Assembly (NCBI GenBank): GCA_963808235.1
Contig: CAWEEQ010000004.1
Span: 2,560,001-2,624,000 of the forward strand
DNA length: 64,000 nt
Origin: an uncultured delta proteobacterium
GTDB taxonomy: Bacteria; Desulfobacterota; Binatia; Binatales; Binataceae
Direction of reading: 5' to 3'
Part shown: in pieces, positions 1 to 10,165 of the stretch
How the letters are laid out: the number at the start of each line of letters is the position of its first letter
Position numbering within the stretch: position 1 is the first letter of the stretch
Translations under genes and position numbers: made by a program
Notes under the pieces: model-generated
Told to the model about the DNA's origin: nothing
Databases searched by the model: none
The model's input: the letters and a program-made list of their open reading frames with translations, nothing else

Positions 1-2033
1 GTAGCGACCGCGCTCGTCATCATGGATTTCGCCAACGACGGCGCCTCCGCGAGGAGGTCGTTCGACGCTTTCGTGTAGCTGTCCTCGCCCGTCAACGATC
101 CGAGCTTGTCCATCGCGATCGCCATCGTCGCTTGCACCGACGGCATCGGCATGTCGAGGAACGCCTGAGCATTTGCCTCGGACTCGGCAATCACGGTCCC
201 CTTGTCGGCGTTGCTAACACTCACAAGCAGACTCGAGCCGGGCGGGTGGAAGTTCTTTTGAATGATCGCGGCAAGCGCGCGCGCCTCGTTCAAATACTTT
301 GCGTCGGCGGAGAATTGGTACGCGTCGATGAGCGCGTCGAGCAGATAAACCTGGTCTGCAACGAGCCCGGCGACTTGCGCACGCCCGTCGGACCACACAT
401 GGTAGACGCTTCCATCGGGCGCACGCAGATGGGCGAGAATGAAGTCCAGGTCATCCAGCGCGATGCGTTTCAGGCTTTGATCGCCGAGCGCCGCTGACGC
501 GGTCAGGTACGCATCCGCCATCAGTGCGTTCCGATCCGTCATCACAGCATGATCCACCTGCGGCGTCTTGCGATGCTGCCGCGCGACCATCATCGTCGCG
601 CTGGCCTTCGCTACGGTGTCGCGCGCCCGCTCGGTAGAAATCTTGAGCGCCGACGCTATCTGCTTCGCCGTCATCGCGCGTCTCAACACGATTCGCCCGT
701 CGGGTGCGAGCGCGGGAGAATCCTCCATCCCAAAATAAAGTTCCGCGACCCGGGCCTGATCGGCCGGCAGCGTGCGCCTGACCTCCTCGATGGTCCAGGT
801 GTAATAACTGCCGTCGTCGCCTTTGAAGGAATCCGCGTCCTGATGGGAGTAGAACGTGTGCGTTTTCGGATCGAGCAACTCACGATTCACGTATCCGGCG
901 ATCGCTCTCGCATCTTGCGCGAACTCCTGGTCGCCGCTCACCTCGTACGCCTCGCAGTACGCTCGCAAGCCCATCGCATTGTCGTAGCCGAGCTTCTCGA
1001 AATGCGGCACGCGCCACTCAGGATCGGTCGAGTAGCGGTGAAAGCCGCCTCCCAGTTGATCGAACACTCCACCGGCCGCAATTTTCCTGAGCGTGTCGAG
1101 CGCCATCGCCGTGTATTCCGGATGCCCGTAGAATCCATGCGCGAGCGCCAGCTCGAGGGCCGTAAAATCGTAGAATCGCGGCCCCGGTCCGGTCGCGAAA
1201 CCGCCCGACGCGCGATCGTAAGAAGCGGCAAGACCGGCAATCGTTTGCGCGCGGATCGCGTCGAGGCCGCCGGGCGCCGGCTGGTCGGCTTTGTTGGCGG
1301 ATTTGAGCTTTGCAGCGGTCGCGTCCGCGTCGTGCTCAATCGCCGGGCGGCTGGTCGCATACACGTGCGCAATCCGAGCGAGCAGGGGCGCCATCGAAGA
1401 AGTCTCCCCACCGCTCCCGTTCGGCCCGGTGCCGGGCTGCGGCGGCAGATATCCAGCGGCGAAAAACAGCGCGCCATCTGCGGTCGTGAAACAGGTGAGC
1501 GGCCACCCGCCGGCGCCGGTCAGATGCGCGGCGGCGTTCTGGTAGTAGCCGTCGATATCGGGACGTTCATCGGTATCGACCTTCACTGGCACGAAATTTC
1601 GATTGAGCTCGGCCACGACCTCCGGGTCGGCATACGTCGTCTGGTCCATCACGTGACACCAGTGACACCACACGGCGCCAATATCTATAAGGATCGGACG
1701 ATTGAGCGTACGCGCGAGTGCAAACGTCTCTGGGCCCCAGCGCTGCCATCGGATGGCGCTCGAAGCGGCCTCGCGAAGGTAGAGACTCGCCGACGACTTG
1801 AGCGCATGCGCGGGCAAAGCGTCCGCCGACTGGTCCGAGGCGGGCGCCGGTGAGGGTGCGCCAGGCGCCGGCCGGCCTACGATGCAGACGATCGCAATTG
1901 AAGCAAGAATCGTTTTCGTTGACTTCCACCAGCCGCCGCGAGAAATTGGAACTCGACGTTGTGGAGCGCCGGGTAAATCATCGAGAGTAGCCGAAATCAA
2001 TTTTTGCGTTGGATTCAAGTATGGCTGCCACAT
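1..2033 (-). CDS. Thioredoxin-domain protein, YyaL/DUF255 (SSP411) family; 3' end runs off the window
   Basis: Not in the ORF track. Manual translation gives ...SSASLYLREAASSAIRWQRWGPETFALARTLNRPILIDIGAVWCHWCHVMDQTTYADPEV...VKVDTDERPDID...GGWPLTCF, the DUF255 signature. Frame read at both ends; start (ATG 2033) uncertain. Confidence 0.9.
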   Translation of the reverse strand, partial: MWQPYLNPTQKLISATLDDLPGAPQRRVPISRGGWWKSTKTILASIAIVCIVGRPAPGAPSPAPASDQSADALPAHALKSSASLYLREAASSAIRWQRWGPETFALARTLNRPILIDIGAVWCHWCHVMDQTTYADPEVVAELNRNFVPVKVDTDERPDIDGYYQNAAAHLTGAGGWPLTCFTTADGALFFAAGYLPPQPGTGPNGSGGETSSMAPLLARIAHVYATSRPAIEHDADATAAKLKSANKADQPAPGGLDAIRAQTIAGLAASYDRASGGFATGPGPRFYDFTALELALAHGFYGHPEYTAMALDTLRKIAAGGVFDQLGGGFHRYSTDPEWRVPHFEKLGYDNAMGLRAYCEAYEVSGDQEFAQDARAIAGYVNRELLDPKTHTFYSHQDADSFKGDDGSYYTWTIEEVRRTLPADQARVAELYFGMEDSPALAPDGRIVLRRAMTAKQIASALKISTERARDTVAKASATMMVARQHRKTPQVDHAVMTDRNALMADAYLTASAALGDQSLKRIALDDLDFILAHLRAPDGSVYHVWSDGRAQVAGLVADQVYLLDALIDAYQFSADAKYLNEARALAAIIQKNFHPPGSSLLVSVSNADKGTVIAESEANAQAFLDMPMPSVQATMAIAMDKLGSLTGEDSYTKASNDLLAEAPSLAKSMMTSAVA

Positions 2034-2142
2034 CAAACAACCCGGACCATCGCCGCTCGGTTCCGTCATGAGTGGAAGATCCGCAACTCGATCTCGCCGC
2101 CGCCCTCCGAAATTGCAAAACCGTCCTGCGAAAGTCATCAGG

Positions 2143-2682
2143 ATGCCGACTCCAAGAGTGGTACGGCGTCGCCGGGCGATCAAGGCTGGACTCGGATTGC
2201 TGGTGCTCTCGTTGATCGGCGCGATAATCGCGCGGCTTTACTTGATGCGAACCGCGCCGCCCTCGCCGGAAAAAGTGTCCGGGCAGACCGAGCAGGAAAC
2301 CGAAATCATCGGGCTCGAGAATCAGGAACGAAGCCGGGCCGGGCTTAAGCCGCTCAAGTTTTCGCCCCGGCTCGCCGTGATTGCGCGCGGCCACAGCTAC
2401 GATATGGCGATGCGCCACTACTTGGCGCACAGCAGCCCCGAAGGCGTCGCGCCCGCCGATCGTATCGGTGGGGTCGGTATCGACTACCAGGTCGTGGGCG
2501 AAAATATCTACATGGACTACTACACCGACCCGCGCGAGATGCCGCAGCGTGCGATGGATGGATGGCGCAAGAGCCCGGCACATCACGCCAACATCGTGTC
2601 CGCGCAGTTTACCGAAACCGGCGTCGGAATCGCGCGTTCCGCCGACGGCAACACCTACGTCACGCAGGATTTCGTCCGCTAG
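2143..2682 (+). CDS. CAP/SCP domain protein with N-terminal TM helix
   Basis: NQER...GLKPL...ARGHSYDM...H...GENI...W.KSPAHHANI...ETGVG...YVTQDF motifs. Confidence 0.9.
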   Translation: MPTPRVVRRRRAIKAGLGLLVLSLIGAIIARLYLMRTAPPSPEKVSGQTEQETEIIGLENQERSRAGLKPLKFSPRLAVIARGHSYDMAMRHYLAHSSPEGVAPADRIGGVGIDYQVVGENIYMDYYTDPREMPQRAMDGWRKSPAHHANIVSAQFTETGVGIARSADGNTYVTQDFVR

Positions 2683-2696
2683 CAGGACGCGCAAAG

Positions 2697-3695
2697 ATGG
2701 ATTTCTCCGAACTCGCCGCGCTCGCGGGAGGTCACGCGGAAGCGCGCGCGATTCAGACTGCGCTCAAGCTTGGAATTTTCGATACCCTCGAGCGCGCCAC
2801 ACTCGACGCCGAGGCTCTTTCCAAAGCAACCGGGACCAATCGCCGCGCCGTGGCGATCCTCGCTGACGCGATGGTGTCGCTGGGTCTGCTCGAGAAACGC
2901 GCGAGCCGGTACGATCTGACCGCCGTATCGCGGAACTTCATGCTCAAGTCGTCCGCCGAATACCTGGGCGGATTGATCCTTTTCGACGAAGCGATCTTCG
3001 AAAACTGGGTCCATCTGGATCAAACGATTCGGACCGGCGCTCCGGCGCGCAGGCCCGACATGTTTCAGAACCGCGCCGAGGAGACCGAGCGCTTCATCCG
3101 CGCCATGGACAGCCTGACTCGCGCACGCGGTGATCCGCGCTACGTTGCGGAGCGGCTCGATCTCAGCCGCGTCTCGAAGGTCGCCGACGTTGGCGGCGGT
3201 CCCGGAACCTATTGCGCCGCGATGCTCCAGCGATGGCCCCATCTGCACGCTGCAATCTACGATCTACCTGCTACACTGGAAGTCGCCCGCCGCATCCTCG
3301 CCGAACGCGAGCCGCGAGTCTCGTCGCGAATCGACCTGGTGCGCGTCGATTACCTGTACGACGAGATTCCAGGACCATGCGGAGCGCTCTTCATGTCGAA
3401 TATACTTCACAACGAAGATGAGACGACCAACGCCGAACTGTTGCGCAAATGTTTTCGTGCACTCGAATCCGGCGGCTTGATAGTCATCAAGGACCACATC
3501 ATGAATGCCGATCTGACTGCGCCGCGTGCGGGAGCGATTTTCGCTCTCTACCTGCTGCTGACGACGCGCGGCCGCGACTATTCGTTCGACGAAGTCTCGC
3601 AGTGGCTGGGCGATGCCGGTTTTATCGATATCCGGCTCGAAGCGCTGCCCAGTCCGCCGTTCACTTCGTCGATGGTGCTCGCGCGAAAGCCGTGA
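2697..3695 (+). CDS. O-methyltransferase, family 2 (dimerisation + SAM domain)
   Basis: ALKLGIFD N-terminal dimerisation motif, DVGGGPG SAM motif, YDLP, SNILH. Confidence 0.88.
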   Translation: MDFSELAALAGGHAEARAIQTALKLGIFDTLERATLDAEALSKATGTNRRAVAILADAMVSLGLLEKRASRYDLTAVSRNFMLKSSAEYLGGLILFDEAIFENWVHLDQTIRTGAPARRPDMFQNRAEETERFIRAMDSLTRARGDPRYVAERLDLSRVSKVADVGGGPGTYCAAMLQRWPHLHAAIYDLPATLEVARRILAEREPRVSSRIDLVRVDYLYDEIPGPCGALFMSNILHNEDETTNAELLRKCFRALESGGLIVIKDHIMNADLTAPRAGAIFALYLLLTTRGRDYSFDEVSQWLGDAGFIDIRLEALPSPPFTSSMVLARKP

Positions 3696-3699
3696 ACGC

Positions 3700-4314
3700 G
3701 TGAAATATAGTTTCGGATTCAAAGCCCTGCTGGCGGCGATATTGTCCGCGCTTGCGATCGAGTGCTCGGGATGCGCGGCGGGCGCGGTCAGCATGGTGAG
3801 CACCGTGGCCCCAATGGTTGCCGCCGGCAGCGCGCAGGTCATCGGCTCTCAAGTCGCGATGAGAGAGGGTGGCGGAACCGGAATCCCAAAAGAGGACGAG
3901 GCCGATCGGTGCGATCAACTTTTGCGCGTTCCACCTGGCACCGAAGAAGTGCGCAAAACCAAGGACGGGGTGATCGAATCGCGCCAGTGGAAGGTCACTG
4001 AGAATGGCGGCAATCCGGTTTGGATGCTGGTCGCGGAGAAAAGCGCACCGGAGGACTCGTGGAAGCCGAAGCCCGAGATTGCGCGGCTCAATTTCAATCC
4101 GCCTCTTTACCAGATGCTGGAGCCCGACAAACCGCAGTTCCTGGCTTACGCTCCGGCGGACGTCGTCAACCCAACTGACAGCGAGCAGTTTGACTCGATG
4201 ACCGCGGCATTCGGCGCCGGGGTCGGCACGTTCGAGTGGCGGGGGCGAACATATAGTTACGTGACCGTGAAAGAACTGCCGTGCTTCAAGCCGGACCACA
4301 AAAGTGAAAAGTGA
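3700..4314 (+). CDS. Hypothetical exported protein/lipoprotein
   Basis: GTG start after the OMT stop, hydrophobic N-terminus ending in CSGC, stop overlaps next start. Confidence 0.6.
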   Translation: MKYSFGFKALLAAILSALAIECSGCAAGAVSMVSTVAPMVAAGSAQVIGSQVAMREGGGTGIPKEDEADRCDQLLRVPPGTEEVRKTKDGVIESRQWKVTENGGNPVWMLVAEKSAPEDSWKPKPEIARLNFNPPLYQMLEPDKPQFLAYAPADVVNPTDSEQFDSMTAAFGAGVGTFEWRGRTYSYVTVKELPCFKPDHKSEK

Positions 4315-5300
4315 AAATGGTCTCGCTCCACGGCCGGCGTTCGATTCGATCGCTTGAGATTGTCATCACGCTGGCAATTATTTTTTCGCTGGCGCTAATT
4401 GGCTTGAGGTCGTACGCTCAGACCATGACCGCGAACCATCTGCATCCTGATCTCGATCCCGCGTCGTGGCCGGACACCGCTCTGACAATTTCCAACCTGG
4501 GCCATGCCGCTTTGCTGATGAATTATTTCGGGACCCGCGTCATCACCGACCCGAGCCTTTTTTCCCGCGTGGGCCTGTCGATTGATTCTATAGTGACGAT
4601 TGGGCCGAAACGATTCATCGATCCGCCGCTCGCTCCAGCCGAGTTGCAGCAGCTCGATTTGATTCTGATCACCCACGCGCACATGGATCATCTCGACATC
4701 CCCTCGCTAAAGTCATTGCCAAAGACGGCGGTGGTCGTCGCGTGTGAGAACTGCTCGAAGATCATCGCGCCGCTGGGTTTCAAGGATGTCCGCGAACTCA
4801 AGTGGGGCGAGGCCACGACTGTGAAGGGACTCACGATTCGTGCGATGGGCGCGCGTCATTGGGGACGCCGATGGCCTCCGTTCGGCGGAGATTACGGCTT
4901 CAACAGCTACGTGCTCGAAAAAAACGGCCACCGGATGCTGCTCGCGTGCGACAGCGCCGAGACCGATCTGTTCGCGGCCGTTGCGAGCAATCCTCCCGAG
5001 GTCGCGGCGTTCTCAATCGGCGCGTACGACCCGTGGATCTACAATCACGCGAATCCGGAACAAGTCTGGGCGATGTTTAAGCAGACCGGCGCTCGCTACC
5101 TGCTCCCGATTCACTGGGGCACGTTCAAACTGTCGAAGGAACCGATGGAAGAACCGTTGCAAAGGCTGATAGCCGCGGCCGGCGATCAGCAGGACCGGAT
5201 CGTGCTGCGCAAAATCGGCGGAACATGGACGCTGCCCGAATCTGGGGCAGCATCCGAGCAGGCAGAGGCGCCGCGCGCGTCCAGCGCCGCGAGTCGTTAG
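4311..5300 (+). CDS. MBL-fold metallo-hydrolase (NAPE-PLD/UlaG-like)
   Basis: LGHA, TDP, THAHMDHLD (HxHxDH), ARHW, IGAY, PIHWGTF motifs. Confidence 0.9.
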   Translation: MKMVSLHGRRSIRSLEIVITLAIIFSLALIGLRSYAQTMTANHLHPDLDPASWPDTALTISNLGHAALLMNYFGTRVITDPSLFSRVGLSIDSIVTIGPKRFIDPPLAPAELQQLDLILITHAHMDHLDIPSLKSLPKTAVVVACENCSKIIAPLGFKDVRELKWGEATTVKGLTIRAMGARHWGRRWPPFGGDYGFNSYVLEKNGHRMLLACDSAETDLFAAVASNPPEVAAFSIGAYDPWIYNHANPEQVWAMFKQTGARYLLPIHWGTFKLSKEPMEEPLQRLIAAAGDQQDRIVLRKIGGTWTLPESGAASEQAEAPRASSAASR

Positions 5301-5308
5301 CCAAACTG

Positions 5309-6163
5309 ATGGCTGCAGTCGCGCCGTTGATGGCGTATCGGGTGAAGCCCCCTCTCAAGTGGGCTGGCGGAAAACGGTGGCTCGTCCCTTATCTCGAAGA
5401 TCTCCACCAGCCTTACCGGTCTCAGCGTTTCGTAGAGCCGCTCTGCGGAGGGCTCGCGATTGCGCTGGGACTGACTCCCGAACGCACCGTCATAAACGAC
5501 ATCAATCCGCATGCCATAAGCTTTTACCGTTGGTTGAAGAAAGGCTTACGCATCAAGCTCAAGATGCGGAATGACCCGACCTACTTCTATTCGCGAAGGG
5601 CCAGGTTCAATCAGCTCATCCGCAAGGGCGAAGCCGAGAGCAAGGAAGCCGCAAGCATTTTCTATTATCTGAATCGCACTTGTTACAACGGCTTGTGCCG
5701 GTTCAATAGCAAGGGTGTCTTCAACGTGCCCTTCGGACGACATACGAACATCAATTACAAGACTGACTTCGCCGAGTATGTATCAACCTTTGCCGCGTGG
5801 GAGTTTATTTGCGGAGACTTTGAGAGAGTCGACCTGAAGCCCGATGATTTTATATACGCAGATCCACCGTACGACGTGGAGTTTACGCAGTATTCGAAGG
5901 AAAACTTCGATTGGCGGGACCAGGTTAGACTGGCGAATTGGCTGGCACGTCACACGGGCCCAGTAGTGTTGTCGAATCAGGCTACTAAGCGAATACGGCG
6001 GCTATACGCCGAACTCGGATTCAAGCTGATCGTCCTAAGTGCTCCTCGTTTTATCAGTTGCAGGGGAGATCGCTCTCGAGCGGAGGAAGTCCTGGCTATC
6101 AGGAATCTCCGCATGTCCGAGGCAATGGAAGCCTTGGTCCAGCGATCTGCGGCGGCGGATTAA
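5309..6163 (+). CDS. Dam-family (D12 class) DNA adenine methyltransferase
   Basis: LKWAGGK, EPLCGG, NDIN, YLNRTCYNGL.RFN..G.FNVPFG, DPPY motifs. Confidence 0.92.
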   Translation: MAAVAPLMAYRVKPPLKWAGGKRWLVPYLEDLHQPYRSQRFVEPLCGGLAIALGLTPERTVINDINPHAISFYRWLKKGLRIKLKMRNDPTYFYSRRARFNQLIRKGEAESKEAASIFYYLNRTCYNGLCRFNSKGVFNVPFGRHTNINYKTDFAEYVSTFAAWEFICGDFERVDLKPDDFIYADPPYDVEFTQYSKENFDWRDQVRLANWLARHTGPVVLSNQATKRIRRLYAELGFKLIVLSAPRFISCRGDRSRAEEVLAIRNLRMSEAMEALVQRSAAAD

Positions 6164-6194
6164 ATCCGACGATTTTCCGATGAGGTACCGGTGC

Positions 6195-6222
6195 TTGACA
6201 AGATGATCTAAGATGCTACCAT
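6195..6222 (+). promoter_or_regulatory. Sigma70-type promoter for ORF 6251
   Basis: TTGACA (6195) - 16 nt - TG-n-TACCAT (6217); RBS CAGGAG near 6238. Confidence 0.6.
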
Positions 6223-6250
6223 TGTCGTATCATCCTACAGGAGATCGTCG

Positions 6251-7057
6251 ATGTCTGATTTTACCGTACAAATTGAAGGCCCGGGCCTAACTCTGAAACG
6301 TGAGGTTGAGGAGGCGGTGGTTCTACGCGTTCTCGGAGTCCTACTTGGCTCAAAGGCACCGTCTATGTTCACACAAGCTTCGGGTTTGCCGTCATCGGTT
6401 GCTCCACCTGTCGTGGTAGCGAATTTGGGCGAATCACCTCGCGAGTATCTGGACCGCTCGGGCGCAAAGTCAAACCCGGAGAAGATTACCGCACTGGGTC
6501 TCTACCTTCGCGCCCAGGGAAGCGAGTCGTTCACCGCCCGAAGCCTTAGAGACCTCTTCGTCGCGGCTGGCGAAGCCACTCCACAGAATTTACCGCGAGA
6601 CATCAAACGTACGGTCCGAGCTGGATTTCTATCCGCACGCCCCGATCAGCCAGATAACTATTATGTTACGAATCGAGGGGAGACGTCGGCAGAAAGTGGA
6701 TTCGCGGAGCGGCCGTCAGTAACTCGGCGATCAAGTCGCTCGAAGGGAACAAACGGCCCGAATGCAGAAGAGGGCTTACCATCGACCCAGCGCGTTACCA
6801 AAAACGGTGGGGGGGCTCGATCGGTACTGGACGAACTGCTTGTCGAACGTTTCTTCAAGGAACCTCGAACCTACCACGATATTGTTCATACCGCGTCCGA
6901 AAAAGGTCACCGACTGGTTCGCACGGATCTCACGCAACCTCTGTTGAATTTGGTTCAAGCACGACCGCCTAGGCTCAAGCGCCAGAAGGTCAAAATCGCT
7001 GGGACTCCACGACCCGTCTGGGCGTATACGGAGCCTCAACGCGGAGACGCGGCATGA
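6251..7057 (+). CDS. Hypothetical protein, probably two winged-helix-like modules
   Basis: Good RBS and promoter; segments ending YYVTNRGE and FFKEPRT...LKRQK...WAY resemble wHTH wings (inference). Confidence 0.7.
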   Translation: MSDFTVQIEGPGLTLKREVEEAVVLRVLGVLLGSKAPSMFTQASGLPSSVAPPVVVANLGESPREYLDRSGAKSNPEKITALGLYLRAQGSESFTARSLRDLFVAAGEATPQNLPRDIKRTVRAGFLSARPDQPDNYYVTNRGETSAESGFAERPSVTRRSSRSKGTNGPNAEEGLPSTQRVTKNGGGARSVLDELLVERFFKEPRTYHDIVHTASEKGHRLVRTDLTQPLLNLVQARPPRLKRQKVKIAGTPRPVWAYTEPQRGDAA

Positions 7058-7118
7058 GGTTGCGCCTCATAGTTCGGGAAATATGGGAACCGAGGGTATC
7101 TTTGCGACCGGCGCGCGG

Positions 7119-8711
7119 TCAGACACGCTTGCGCTTCTTGGAGAGATAATCGACCAGCATGTATTCGCCGAGATGATCCGGGCGCGTGAACAGCGCACGG
7201 CCGCGATTGATCTGCGTCATCTTGTCGACGAAAGCGCGTAGACTCGGCGAATCGTCGAGCATGAAGGTGTTGATCGTGATGTCCTTGCGCGTGATCCGCT
7301 CGACTTCCTTCAAAGTCTCCTGCGCCGCGCGCATGCTGATTCCGCCGAGCGACAGCGGCCATTCGCAGTAGAGCCGCTTGTTCAGAAAGTAGGCGGTCGG
7401 CTGTCCGTCCGTGATCACGATGATGTGCTGATTGCGCGACGGATGCCGCGCCAGCAAATCGGATGCGAGCCGCAGGCCATCTTGCAGGTTGGTGAACGGA
7501 TCGCCCATGTTCCACGACGCTTCGGGCAGATCTTTGAGCTTCAGTTCCACCGCACGGGTATAGAAGCCGACGATCGAGAAATAGTCGCGCGGGAATTTCG
7601 ATCGAATCAGCGTCTCCATCGCCATAGCGACTTTCTTGGCCGCCGCGAACCGCCCTTCCCAGCTCATTGACCACGACATGTCGAGACAGAGCACCGTGGA
7701 CGAGGAACTCGCGTAATCGTTTTCGTAAATCTCGAAGTCTTCCGGACGCAGCTCGAGTGGCACCCCCGGCTTGCGCGCCAACGCATGCTTCAGGGTCGCG
7801 ACCAGGTTCAGATTCAACGGATCGCCGAATGCGTATGGCTTGGTCTGCTCGGGGCGCATCTCGGTGATTCCGCGATGGTCGGTTGCATGCCCGCCTGCGC
7901 GATCTTTGAGCAGGTTCTGGTAGATGTCGCGCAGCGCGAGCTGGCCTATTCGCCGCACACCCTTGGGCGAGAGCTGGAAATGGTCGCCCTTGGGCACCAT
8001 GTATCCGGACTGCGTCAGCAGGACCATGACCTGCTTAAGATTCTGGAAATCCTTGCTCGCCTGCTGGCCGAGAATCTGCTGCAGGTCTTCCATCGAGATA
8101 GTTTCGAAATTGCCCGACATCAGATCCTGTTCGAGCTGGCGCATCCGTTCCATCTCGCGCATCAGCTCGAGCGCCTCGTCGTAGCTGAGGCTCTTGGGAC
8201 CGTGGAACATGTGCTGATTGCGATCGCGGAAATTCTCGAGGTCGCGGATATTCTCGTATTCCTCGAGCAGCGCGTCGAAGTCCGCTTTCGCATCCGCGTC
8301 CTCGAACTCGTAACCCTCGAGCTTGCGCATCGCCTCTGAGAGCCGTCGCGGCATCCGCGACAATTCGCGCTGCTTTTCCTCGGCGCCGGGCTTTTCGCCC
8401 TTGAGCGACTCGAGCTTCGCGCGCTCGCGATTCAAAATATCTTCGAGCTTCTGCTCCATCTCGGACAGAGCGTTCTTGAGATTGAAATCGCGATAGCGCT
8501 GGCGCATCTCCTGGCGCAGCTGCTCGATAAACTCCTCCAGCCCCATCACCTTCACGCCGTCGAAGTCCATCCCCTGGCGCATCATCCAGTCCATCGCCTG
8601 GCGAACGTCGTCCGTATACGAGAGGTACTCGGCCAGCTTCTCGAACACCTTGTCGGCGTTGAGCTTGAGCTGCTGGGTGCCGTCCCACTGGGTGTAGCGG
8701 GTGGTGACCAT
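7119..8711 (-). CDS. VWA domain protein (partner of adjacent AAA ATPase)
   Basis: MIDAS DMSWSM, TNLQDGL, VITDGQP. Confidence 0.9.
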   Translation of the reverse strand: MVTTRYTQWDGTQQLKLNADKVFEKLAEYLSYTDDVRQAMDWMMRQGMDFDGVKVMGLEEFIEQLRQEMRQRYRDFNLKNALSEMEQKLEDILNRERAKLESLKGEKPGAEEKQRELSRMPRRLSEAMRKLEGYEFEDADAKADFDALLEEYENIRDLENFRDRNQHMFHGPKSLSYDEALELMREMERMRQLEQDLMSGNFETISMEDLQQILGQQASKDFQNLKQVMVLLTQSGYMVPKGDHFQLSPKGVRRIGQLALRDIYQNLLKDRAGGHATDHRGITEMRPEQTKPYAFGDPLNLNLVATLKHALARKPGVPLELRPEDFEIYENDYASSSSTVLCLDMSWSMSWEGRFAAAKKVAMAMETLIRSKFPRDYFSIVGFYTRAVELKLKDLPEASWNMGDPFTNLQDGLRLASDLLARHPSRNQHIIVITDGQPTAYFLNKRLYCEWPLSLGGISMRAAQETLKEVERITRKDITINTFMLDDSPSLRAFVDKMTQINRGRALFTRPDHLGEYMLVDYLSKKRKRV

Positions 8712-8728
8712 GCCGAGTCCTCTGCGCA

Positions 8729-10138
8729 TCATGCGTGATAGGCGAAGCGGCCGCCCTGGCGATCCTTGTTGAGCTTCTGATGCAGATGGAGTCCCTCAAA
8801 GATGAACTCGCTCGCCGCCGCCATCAGGCCCGGCGTTTCGAACGGCCCGAGCATCGAGATCACCTCGCGCAGCCCGATCACTTCGCGCAACGGCTCCATG
8901 TATTCCGATGACGGCGCGCTGTCCGAAACCTCGACGCCCCAGCCTCCTTCGAAGTAGCTCGCGACTTTTTTCAGATCGTCGAGTTTCAGGTAGCGGTCGA
9001 ATACTTTGAGCACCGCGCGGTTGATCAGCCGTTCGATCAGATCGTCTTCCTTCTTGTCCTCGCCTACGTACTCGAGCTCTATTTTGCCGGCGGTCGACGC
9101 ATACAGCGAATGCAGATCAGAGATGCGCGGGACGATCTCGTTCTCGCCATTTCGCACTGCGCGCTTTTCGGCATTCGAAATCGCGGACTCGTAGTTGTTA
9201 ATCGTCACCCGGACCGAAACGCCCGACGATTGGTTGATCTCGTTCGACGCGCGCGCCTCGAACGTGATCTGCGCCAGGATGTCCTTCATGAACTGCGGAA
9301 TCCGCACATCGACGCCGGACCTCGGCGGATGCATCGCTTCCTGCTCCATGATCGCAACTTCGTGCTCGAGCGTCTTCGGATAATGAGTGCGAATCTGGAT
9401 GTCGAAGCGATCTTTCAGCGGAGTGATGATCCGTCCTCGCGACGTGTAATCCTCTGGATTCGCGCTCGCGACGAACACCACGTCGACCGCAAGCCGAATC
9501 TTGTAGCCCTTGATCTGAACGTCCTTCTCTTCCATCAGGTTGAACAGTCCCACCTGAACTTTCTCGGTCAGGTCGGGCAACTCGTTGATGGCGAAAATTC
9601 CGCGATTGGTGCGCGGGATGAGTCCGTAGTGGATCGTTTCTTCGTCGGCGAGGTAGCGCCCCTCGGCGACTTTGATCGGATCGATCTCGCCAATCAGGTC
9701 CGCCACCGATACATCGGGGGTCGCGAGCTTTTCCGCGTAGCGGCTATCGCGATGGACCCACGCGATCTCGGTCGCGTCACCCTTCTCCGCTATGAGCTTC
9801 ACGCATCGACGGCATATCGGCGCGAACGGATCGTCGTTGATCTCGCAGCCCGCGATCGTCGGCGCGTATTCGTCGAGCAAACCGGTCAGCGCGCGGATGA
9901 TCCGCGACTTCGCCTGCCCGCGCTCGCCGAGGAAAATCATATGATGTCCCGCGAGCACGCCGTTTTCGATCTCGGGAATTACGGTTTCTTCGTAGCCGAC
10001 GATACCCGGCAGTATTTGCTCGCCCGAGCGCAAGCGCGCGAGCAGATTGTTGCGCATCTCCATCCGCACCGGCAGGACCTGGTAGTTCGCGCTCTTGAGT
10101 TCGCCAAGGGTCCGGATGTTCTGTGATTTTTCATTCAT
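8729..10138 (-). CDS. AAA+ ATPase, Mg-chelatase ChlI/MoxR-like
   Basis: Walker A GERGQAKS, INELPDL, SANPEDYTSRGRIITPLKDRF. Confidence 0.9.
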   Translation of the reverse strand: MNEKSQNIRTLGELKSANYQVLPVRMEMRNNLLARLRSGEQILPGIVGYEETVIPEIENGVLAGHHMIFLGERGQAKSRIIRALTGLLDEYAPTIAGCEINDDPFAPICRRCVKLIAEKGDATEIAWVHRDSRYAEKLATPDVSVADLIGEIDPIKVAEGRYLADEETIHYGLIPRTNRGIFAINELPDLTEKVQVGLFNLMEEKDVQIKGYKIRLAVDVVFVASANPEDYTSRGRIITPLKDRFDIQIRTHYPKTLEHEVAIMEQEAMHPPRSGVDVRIPQFMKDILAQITFEARASNEINQSSGVSVRVTINNYESAISNAEKRAVRNGENEIVPRISDLHSLYASTAGKIELEYVGEDKKEDDLIERLINRAVLKVFDRYLKLDDLKKVASYFEGGWGVEVSDSAPSSEYMEPLREVIGLREVISMLGPFETPGLMAAASEFIFEGLHLHQKLNKDRQGGRFAYHA

Positions 10139-10165
10139 TGGGAATCCCGCGGAATATTTCTGCTT

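Noticed and set aside
549-1853. 434-aa plus-strand ORF and other long shadow ORFs (e.g. 13856-15505, 34568-35848, 42863-44110)
   Set aside because: Antisense or out-of-frame shadows of recognisable genes, expected in high-GC DNA; Arg-rich with no motifs.
7119-10138. AAA+VWA pair as a novel system
   Set aside because: Widespread chelatase/MoxR-like pairing; nothing unusual seen.
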